The notes beneath the pieces were generated by a model. It ran no database searches, was not told the DNA's origin, and was given only the letters and a program-made list of their open reading frames with translations. From the IMG/VR virus record IMGVR_UViG_3300025030_000105, positions 1 through 62,980 of that record: 62,980 nucleotides of DNA, one strand, 5' to 3'. This document shows positions 56,477 through 62,980 of this stretch, piece by piece. A program made the position numbers and the translations under genes. The DNA is from a virus (Duplodnaviria > Caudoviricetes). Numbering within the stretch: position 1 is the stretch's first letter; each line of letters begins with the position of its first letter.

Positions 56477-56674
56477 TTACCTCTCCTTCGTGGAAAACTT
56501 ATTCGCGATGCTCGTAATGCTATCTCCGAACAAAACAGACGCAAGCGCCCCAGCAACATACATAAAATTATCAGAAACGGCAACCATCACTCCGAGCTTA
56601 TAGCTGATCCCTGCCCACGTAAGAGCCATGATGCAGAGAACCGCGCTTGCGGTTATTCTATGAATATGTTGCAT
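56477..56674 (-). CDS. Putative holin (two TM)
   Basis: 65 aa, two hydrophobic helices, charged C-terminus. Confidence 0.55.
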   Translation of the reverse strand: MQHIHRITASAVLCIMALTWAGISYKLGVMVAVSDNFMYVAGALASVLFGDSITSIANKFSTKER

Positions 56675-56993
56675 TACGCTACTCCTTGTTACACACCCAA
56701 TTCAACTCTCCCTCCTCTGTCACTCCGTCTGAGTGAAGATGCGGGCAAATGTCGTGCCAGACGCTGCATGGGGAGTTCTCGCAATAGGTCTTCGACGTAA
56801 AAACTATCGCGCCGTCCGGCTGTCGATCTTGATTAAGCTCAATCTTTCTCATTCTTTCTCCGCCTTCGTCGCTTTTTCTCTGCAACCTCTGCTGCGAGGA
56901 TTGCCTGGTACCTGGCGAGCGCCTCGCCGCTTAGGATTATTGACTCCTCGCCATCAGTTACGCGAAATCTATCCCCACTAAGCTTCTCAATCT

Positions 56994-57608
56994 TCATTCT
57001 TTCGCTGGGACTTCTGCTGCTGGTGCGAGAGCAGAATCACCAGAGAATGTATCCTGCTGATTCTCGACGTTTTCAACTGAGCCGGTACCGTTCGAACTTG
57101 ACTGAGTAGAATCCTGCGTATACACAAGGTGCTCGATCTTCGCCTCAGTATCGAACGTCCCAGTAACGGAACTCTGATTATCCGCCGTCAGTTTATTCCC
57201 GATACCGCTCAACTGATTGTTATCCCCAGTAATGATGAACCCGCCATTGCTGTCGCCGTTGGTGGGAGCCAAACGCCATAGCCGAGCCACATCCACTCCG
57301 AGCGTGGCGTAAGGAAGGAAGGCATGAAGTACGTCGGAAGTCGTCTCAGGTTTGAAAAATGCTTGCTGCCCGAGGTTAGCTGAAAACCCCATTGCCAGAC
57401 CAACCTGGCAGGCGGCGTTGTCGTTACATGCGGCCATGCCTTCGGAGAATGCTTTGAACCTGTCGGTGTTCGCGGTGGCGATCATCTGATTAACCTCAGA
57501 ATGGTTCGACGTTAGTCCATATCCGGCGCAACCCGGCAAAATCAGGACTGCAGCACACAGCGCCATTATAATAATCGTTGTAGAAAATAACCTCGTTTTT
57601 GTTTTCAT
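56994..57608 (-). CDS. Lipoprotein
   Basis: Basic N-terminus, hydrophobic core, lipobox LPGC. Confidence 0.7.
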   Translation of the reverse strand: MKTKTRLFSTTIIIMALCAAVLILPGCAGYGLTSNHSEVNQMIATANTDRFKAFSEGMAACNDNAACQVGLAMGFSANLGQQAFFKPETTSDVLHAFLPYATLGVDVARLWRLAPTNGDSNGGFIITGDNNQLSGIGNKLTADNQSSVTGTFDTEAKIEHLVYTQDSTQSSSNGTGSVENVENQQDTFSGDSALAPAAEVPAKE

Positions 57609-57846
57609 TTTACCCCCTTTGAATTTGCTTCGTTTGGATACTCTACGGCCATTCGCTCATAGTACGCTTTCGCTTGCAAAATCTCCTGTAACACATCGGC
57701 CTCAGTACGGGCCAGCCACTGTTGCAAACAGACAGCGGAAACAATTAGTAACGTCGCTATACACAGAAATTTTTTCATGCAACCCTCAGCAATTTTGCTC
57801 TTAAAATTTGTTAGTCAAAATCTCGATAATAGTTTCTAATCGTGCA

Positions 57847-60393
57847 TCATGCGGCATCTTCAACACCCACTGCGTACAGGCTTGTAGGTGTTTTCTTATT
57901 TGCCGCATCGACCGCAAACCAATCTGCCGTGCGAGTCCCTTTGATGATAAATGCGTCGCTTATGTCGCCGTAAAATGCATATACCGATAAACTGTGGGGT
58001 GATGACCCAACCGTGAGATTTCCCGATGCGACGGCGGCAAGTGCCTCTGTTGAGGCGTAGGACGTGGCGCTTAACACCCCGTTTTTATACATTCGTAGCC
58101 CACCGTTATCTTTATCATATTTCAGATGGATGGCTACTTCTTCGGCGTCGGCCAACACAACATCCGCAAACAATCCACCAACAACCCCACCAGTTGTAAT
58201 AACATAGCCCTGCACCGTATTTGTGGCGGTGGCTATCCTGATCATGAACGCCGCCTTACCAGCGACATAATTACTAAATATTGAATACTGAGCCGTGCTT
58301 GACTGCTTATTGTACTTGAATGCCACGCCAGCGATTAATGCACCCCATCCGGCCATATCAAGCGCAGGAAATGTGATATACTTATTACCCCCGGAAAATC
58401 TCTGTGCCTTGCCAACCAATCCAGGGACTTCAATAATTAGCAACGAGTTTTTAGTGCCTGAATACCCATTCTTTGAGGTATCAATAACTGTATTCTCAAC
58501 ATTGGAATTATCCATGTGGCAGACAAACTCATAATCAGTTCCCCACGGAGTTGTGTTCCCTGATTCGACCCCTGATTTCCCGTAATAAATTAACGCTTTG
58601 GTGTTATTTTCAGAAGATAAGATGGGCAGTTTTGCATACAATTCTTCCGGACCTGTCGGAAGAGAAAATATATTGACTATTGTGCTATATGAGGAGAAGG
58701 TCGAGTATGTCCCATTTAGCCAAAAAACACGCTCCTGGCCATCTACTGGACTGTTTTTTGCCACTATCGGCCTAAATTGCTTTTGGATGGATTTAACGGT
58801 TATACAACGACGTTCCCACGAGACTCCATTATCGTTTGTGGTGTATTTATAAACCTCAAACTGCCCATCAACCACCTTTGACAAATAGACAATATTAGGA
58901 TCAGACGGATCTACAGACACCCCTCCAGAGTAACTCGGTTCACCTGCATATAATGCCCCACCAGCCGCGCAAATTTCATTGTCAGCCCATCCAGCATCGG
59001 TCCATCTCGCATATCTATATCTATGGTCGGCAGCAGTGACGAAATTTGCATAAACTATGACAGGGTAATTGCTGCTGTCATAAGCAATGCCCCAATTCCA
59101 TGCCTTGAATCCTGTGGCTACAGAGTCATATACTTTGTCGCAATCAGTCGGAACCAAGGGCGACCCGGCCAATACTGCAGCCAATGTTTTTACTACAGTG
59201 CCATCAGCTTTTTTAAACTCTCCGTTTTCATATTGGAGGTAGTAGATACTGTTGTTTGCCAGCGCATCAGGATGTCCATCTGTAAAACAGAGGTGAATTT
59301 TACTGGTCCCATCGTAGGCTACTTTCAGGTATGGCCGCTCTCCAAAAACACTAAACAATGTTTTTGCGGTATCCCACGTAGCCCCTCCATCAGTAGATGT
59401 ACTGAAGGTTGGCAGGAAGTCTCCGCCCCGCCAGAAAAGAAAAATCTTATTGTTCTCAGCAGAGAGTATGCAGGGATTTGAATATGAGTATCCGTACAAT
59501 CCGGCGGTGTTTGTACCTACTGTCAGTTCCGCGTCGAAGGCGGATATATCCTCGGGGTTCGTGGATACCCGGTAGAACATATCTGCCCCATTATGAGCGC
59601 AGTAGAAAACAACTATTCGGCCATCATCGCGAATTAAAATGCTCGGATTTGCGTGATCATCGACCTGCAACGCAAGTTTTAAAACAAATTCGACTTGGGC
59701 ATCAGTAGCGTGGTTATAACTCACAACAACAACATCGCCGTTTGCCCGAATAAACCCGGTGTAGGTTTTGCCATTGTAATAAATTGATCGCGGCTCAGAA
59801 TACCAGCACCAAACGCCATCGGTTGTCAAGTTGTCGGTTGACTGAGTAACTATTGGAATTTCTGCACCAAGTACTGTTGTCCCGTCTGCGGCGGTTACAG
59901 CGATATCCAGTCCATTAGATAAAACTTTTGCGGGAATATCGTTGTCACTGCTCAGATCGACGTATAGTTGGTAATCAGATAAGTCGGCTGGCACTGTTGC
60001 GTGATTTACCACTACGGCTTTTCTGTGAGCGTATCCGGAAAGCCAGGGGATTGACGGTACAGACAAGGCCCGCCTCGCTTTTGCGAGAGTATCGGCAGAT
60101 GAGCCAATGGCGTAAAGAGCATATCCTTTTGCGGCGCTCCCAACCAATGTGCTGATGTTGAGCCAGGGACTCGCTGCAATTCTCGCCAGGATATCGGCAT
60201 TCTCACGTACCGAAACAGGCTGACCATCACCATCCAGGACATAGACAATGCTCCACAGATTAGGGTCTATGAGCGGTGCATCGCTGATTGATAAGCCGAT
60301 AACATCAGTCAAACCAGTTGAGGTCTTCCAGAGACCGACAAGCCCCTGCCGAGGCAGCCCGCTGCGCAGCATCCTGCGCTTAACGTACTTCAT
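57847..60393 (-). CDS. Receptor-binding/depolymerase-like protein (DUF2341-like, BNR-4 propeller, LamG-like)
   Basis: WCWY..PR, DDH.NPSI, S.DGG.TW Asp-boxes; C-terminal F.G.ISD..I LamG pattern. Confidence 0.7.
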   Translation of the reverse strand: MKYVKRRMLRSGLPRQGLVGLWKTSTGLTDVIGLSISDAPLIDPNLWSIVYVLDGDGQPVSVRENADILARIAASPWLNISTLVGSAAKGYALYAIGSSADTLAKARRALSVPSIPWLSGYAHRKAVVVNHATVPADLSDYQLYVDLSSDNDIPAKVLSNGLDIAVTAADGTTVLGAEIPIVTQSTDNLTTDGVWCWYSEPRSIYYNGKTYTGFIRANGDVVVVSYNHATDAQVEFVLKLALQVDDHANPSILIRDDGRIVVFYCAHNGADMFYRVSTNPEDISAFDAELTVGTNTAGLYGYSYSNPCILSAENNKIFLFWRGGDFLPTFSTSTDGGATWDTAKTLFSVFGERPYLKVAYDGTSKIHLCFTDGHPDALANNSIYYLQYENGEFKKADGTVVKTLAAVLAGSPLVPTDCDKVYDSVATGFKAWNWGIAYDSSNYPVIVYANFVTAADHRYRYARWTDAGWADNEICAAGGALYAGEPSYSGGVSVDPSDPNIVYLSKVVDGQFEVYKYTTNDNGVSWERRCITVKSIQKQFRPIVAKNSPVDGQERVFWLNGTYSTFSSYSTIVNIFSLPTGPEELYAKLPILSSENNTKALIYYGKSGVESGNTTPWGTDYEFVCHMDNSNVENTVIDTSKNGYSGTKNSLLIIEVPGLVGKAQRFSGGNKYITFPALDMAGWGALIAGVAFKYNKQSSTAQYSIFSNYVAGKAAFMIRIATATNTVQGYVITTGGVVGGLFADVVLADAEEVAIHLKYDKDNGGLRMYKNGVLSATSYASTEALAAVASGNLTVGSSPHSLSVYAFYGDISDAFIIKGTRTADWFAVDAANKKTPTSLYAVGVEDAA

Positions 60394-60396
60394 CCC

Positions 60397-60777
60397 CTAG
60401 TCTCCTGAGACTACCAGGCAGATGATCTTCGCCTTGGCGGAGTTGGTAGTGTTGTTTGAACAAGCGAGCTTGTACCCTCCGACAAAGGGGACCGCAGGAT
60501 CAATTTCGATCCTGTCTGAGGCGGTTATCGCAGCCGCTAGGCTGAGGCTGACGCCGTCGATTGATTGAAAGTCGACAATGAGAGAGTCGAACGGGGTGAC
60601 TGCGTCGGCGACGACTTCTATGCCTACCAAGAAACCTGTTTCGTTCTCGACAGTCTCTGTCGGGATGGTAGCTGCTGCAGCATCTGCCGTAAATTCACTT
60701 ACCAAGCCGATCGGCTCTGTGTACTCGCCGTCGAACTGTCCTCTTCGGTACTCCAAGTCTGCCCACGATCCAGCCAT
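60397..60777 (-). CDS. Small acidic virion-like protein
   Basis: AAGGAG SD; first gene after the 60826 promoter. Confidence 0.65.
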   Translation of the reverse strand: MAGSWADLEYRRGQFDGEYTEPIGLVSEFTADAAAATIPTETVENETGFLVGIEVVADAVTPFDSLIVDFQSIDGVSLSLAAAITASDRIEIDPAVPFVGGYKLACSNNTTNSAKAKIICLVVSGD

Positions 60778-60825
60778 ACCAGCTCCTTATGCTGCGCTCC
60801 TCTCGGAGCCTGATTAGTTATGTTG

Positions 60826-60855
60826 AGTGTAACACTAAGTTACGTCAGATGTCAA
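60826..60855 (-). promoter_or_regulatory. Late promoter
   Basis: TTGACA-18 bp-TACACT (TGn); overlaps GTAAC-N5-GTTAC. Confidence 0.7.
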
Positions 60856-61020
60856 TCTAATTAACAATCCTGCCATCGATACTCATCGGCATGGTCGTTC
60901 CACACCAACCTTTGTCTGTGCCCGCACTTCCTACAAGTCCGATATGCGATACACTTCTCTGTTACTATCCACCCCATCTTGTGGTCACACCACCACTGGA
61001 CGAACTTCTTCCACGGAGAT

Positions 61021-61383
61021 TTAATACAAAACATCCTGATACCCCATGCAGTGCCTCTGCTCATGCTTGATTATAAAGTCGGCGTCGAACGCCGCGTAGA
61101 TATGACACTTATCTACCTTGCCGGTAGTAAAATCTGCATGGACGTCGGCGCAGCCCAGAGCGAAGCCGGCGGAGCCTATCAAGTTCAAGGCCATCAGGCC
61201 GTACTGCTCGTGCTCCATTAGGAGGCGGTTACAGTTGAGCGAGGAAGTCAGTGGGCCGTTGGTGAGGCTATAATCCTCAATCTCTTCGAGCCTGCTCGGC
61301 TCCTTGAGTCCTTCGAAGAGGGTATTGCCAGGCATCAGGGCGCAGGAGGGGAGGAGCAGAAAGAAAAGGAGGAAGTATCTCAA
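61021..61383 (-). CDS. Lipoprotein with HExxH motif
   Basis: TTG start, RYFLLFFLLLPSC lipobox; HEQRHC.G. Confidence 0.6.
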   Translation of the reverse strand: MRYFLLFFLLLPSCALMPGNTLFEGLKEPSRLEEIEDYSLTNGPLTSSLNCNRLLMEHEQYGLMALNLIGSAGFALGCADVHADFTTGKVDKCHIYAAFDADFIIKHEQRHCMGYQDVLY

Positions 61384-61736
61384 GGGAACACCGCCCAGGA
61401 TAAGTCTTGGTCTGGGGGATAGATAAGGCAGGTCGAAGGTTCGACATACCACACTTGTAGTGTATCTGAAAGAAACACGCAAATATCGTGCTCGCCGATG
61501 CTGGCCCAGCCGAAAGCTAAGCCTAGTCCGGAGAAGTGTGCCGTGAGGCGAAGGGCTCGGTTATCGCAGTCTGCGGCTTCGGGTCGGTACGGCTTGACCT
61601 CGACGTTCTCCATGTGGTCTCGTACTTGGACTACGCTAGGGAGAATGTAGTGCCTGTCGGGAAGCCTTAGCTTCTGCGGTGGGATGTTTGTCGTCTGAAT
61701 GAGTAACGCTCTGATATTTTCCCTTGGCTCTTTCAT
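61380..61736 (-). CDS. Papain/transglutaminase-like (MOA agglutinin C-domain-like) protein
   Basis: Y....DCD..A...H......VEP. Confidence 0.55.
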   Translation of the reverse strand: MKEPRENIRALLIQTTNIPPQKLRLPDRHYILPSVVQVRDHMENVEVKPYRPEAADCDNRALRLTAHFSGLGLAFGWASIGEHDICVFLSDTLQVWYVEPSTCLIYPPDQDLSWAVFP

Positions 61737-61741
61737 TTCTT

Positions 61742-62257
61742 TTAGAAATTGATAGAAATATTAATCTGTTGTGCGTTCTGCACATCGCCGCCCTTCCCCT
61801 CTTTTGGGCTCAGATCGCCCCAAGTCACAGCCTGCTTAATACCGTCAAGACGGGTACTTGCCGGGGTTGCCGGGGAATAAACGAGCTGGTCCAGCACTTC
61901 AAGGTAGCTCTCCGCTTGGACGCGGGCCTTGTGCTTAAAACTCAGCCCGTTCTCCCGGACTTCTCGCATGGTGAGGGCAAGGTCCCTTCGGAACGAGGGG
62001 GTTCTCATCAGAGAACTGTAGTCGTCCTCGGAGAGGGAATATCTTTCTAAGATTGGGGTAGTGTCCTCGATCGCTAGGGCGAGGTCGAGGATGAGCCTCG
62101 GGTCCCAGGGGTTGACGTTGGGGGGGTGTTCCGCAGGAACCCACTGCGGCTTGCTTTTGGCTGGGACGAGCGATAGCTCGGAGGACTCCTCCTGCTCGTT
62201 GTCGTCGAACTCCAGGCCGGCGAAGAAATCTTCATTAAGTAGTGTTTGCGTGTCCAT
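61742..62257 (-). CDS. Putative terminase small subunit
   Basis: GLSFK.KAR.QAE.YL, TPA..R.D.IK, C-terminal INISINF; near the genome end. Confidence 0.55.
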   Translation of the reverse strand: MDTQTLLNEDFFAGLEFDDNEQEESSELSLVPAKSKPQWVPAEHPPNVNPWDPRLILDLALAIEDTTPILERYSLSEDDYSSLMRTPSFRRDLALTMREVRENGLSFKHKARVQAESYLEVLDQLVYSPATPASTRLDGIKQAVTWGDLSPKEGKGGDVQNAQQINISINF

Positions 62258-62263
62258 AGGGGT

Positions 62264-62292
62264 AGTGTAACGCATTGTTACTTCGATGTCAA
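62264..62292 (-). promoter_or_regulatory. Late promoter, probably giving a leaderless mRNA
   Basis: TTGACA-17 bp-TACACT, 6 nt before ATG 62257; overlaps GTAAC-N5-GTTAC. Confidence 0.7.
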
Positions 62293-62643
62293 GGAGATCT
62301 CCTCCCATCTCCCGTTTTCGTCTTTCCCTTCGACCTTCAAGTTTTCCGGCGCCATCGTCTTCTCCACCCGCTGCGCGGTCGTCTCGCCAGAGATGCACTC
62401 CAAGATTCGCTGCGACTGCCAGATCTTAAACTTCGGGTGCTCCAGCAGTGAGCGAAATGCCTCTTGGATATTTGCCGGCCTCTCCCGGTTCGATTGTCCT
62501 GTGGCGAAGGCTCCGGAGTCTCGGTGCCTTATGCGGACACAGTTCTGGTGTTTGTTCCGGTACTGCCCTCCGGCGCCGGTTCCGCTGAAGAAATCTATTT
62601 CGAGGTCTTTCTTCGTCACCGAGAAAAGTAGTTCTTTTGTCAT
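62278..62643 (-). CDS. Stand-alone GGQ peptidyl-tRNA hydrolase (RF-1 domain; ArfB/PrfH-like)
   Basis: DL.IDFF.G.GAGGQYRNK...CVRI.H..SG.......R....N...AF..L. Confidence 0.88.
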   Translation of the reverse strand: MTKELLFSVTKKDLEIDFFSGTGAGGQYRNKHQNCVRIRHRDSGAFATGQSNRERPANIQEAFRSLLEHPKFKIWQSQRILECISGETTAQRVEKTMAPENLKVEGKDENGRWEEISLTSK

Positions 62644-62667
62644 CTCCCCTCCTTAGAATTTTCACTT

Positions 62668-62696
62668 ATTATATCAATATGTGTCTTGATTGTCAA
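62668..62696 (-). promoter_or_regulatory. Perfect-consensus sigma70 promoter
   Basis: TTGACA-17 bp-TATAAT on the minus strand, upstream of the GGQ gene. Confidence 0.9.
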
Positions 62697-62871
62697 GATT
62701 TTAGGCAGGCAAGAAATTTTGAAAATTTTTACGCTGAGTTACTCCATTGTCAGGATTTTGGATTTCTGAGGGTTTCAGGTGTTTGGCCGCATGATAAGGG
62801 TCGCACGCCCTCCAGCTCCATCCCCCCAGCCGGCCCCGACGATATCACGACGATACCCCACCCCTTGTGGC

Positions 62872-62980
62872 GCAGGAGCGCAGGAGCGCAGGAGCGCAGG
62901 AGCGCAGGAGCGCAGGAGCGCAGGAGCGCAGGAGCGCAGGAGCGCAGGAGCGCAGGAGCGCAGGAGCGCAGGAGCGCAGG
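62872..62980. repeat. Tandem array GCAGGAGC (right part, ~13.6 copies)
   Basis: Same unit and orientation as 1-167; runs to the window end. Confidence 0.99.

Noticed and set aside
1-62980. Integrase, transposase, reverse transcriptase/DGR, intron or intein
   Set aside because: No corresponding motifs recognised; the polymerase insertions lack intein termini

Overview
The window looks like a complete or near-complete ~63 kb tailed dsDNA phage genome (podovirus-like, N4-gp56-type major capsid, host sigma70-type promoters, no phage RNA polymerase, no recognisable integrase). It is opened inside an 8-bp tandem array (GCAGGAGC)n that appears at both ends. Two convergent arms meet near 27.27 kb. 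The + arm (0.4-27.3 kb) carries small early and anti-defence-like ORFs with several XRE/Aca-like HTH genes, a candidate origin, family A DNA polymerase, tRNA-Pro, RtcB, nucleases, a radical SAM enzyme, SNF2 helicase, adenine methylase, primase-helicase, ThyX and DUF5664. The - arm (62.6-27.3 kb) carries a GGQ release-factor-like protein, a putative small terminase, a BNR/LamG receptor-binding protein, a lysis region with PLA2-like and PHA synthase/depolymerase-like hydrolases, terminase, portal, scaffold, capsid, tail proteins and a 2434-aa polyvalent protein. The most notable observations are: (1) an amber-interrupted Zn-ribbon ORF in the replication module that carries a copy of the major capsid N-terminal motif; (2) a dispersed translation-repair set (structured RNA, tRNA, RtcB, GGQ hydrolase); (3) a PHA-hydrolase-like gene beside the endolysin; (4) the terminal 8-mer array; (5) a divergent PolA. 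All family assignments come from motif recognition by eye, not from database searches.
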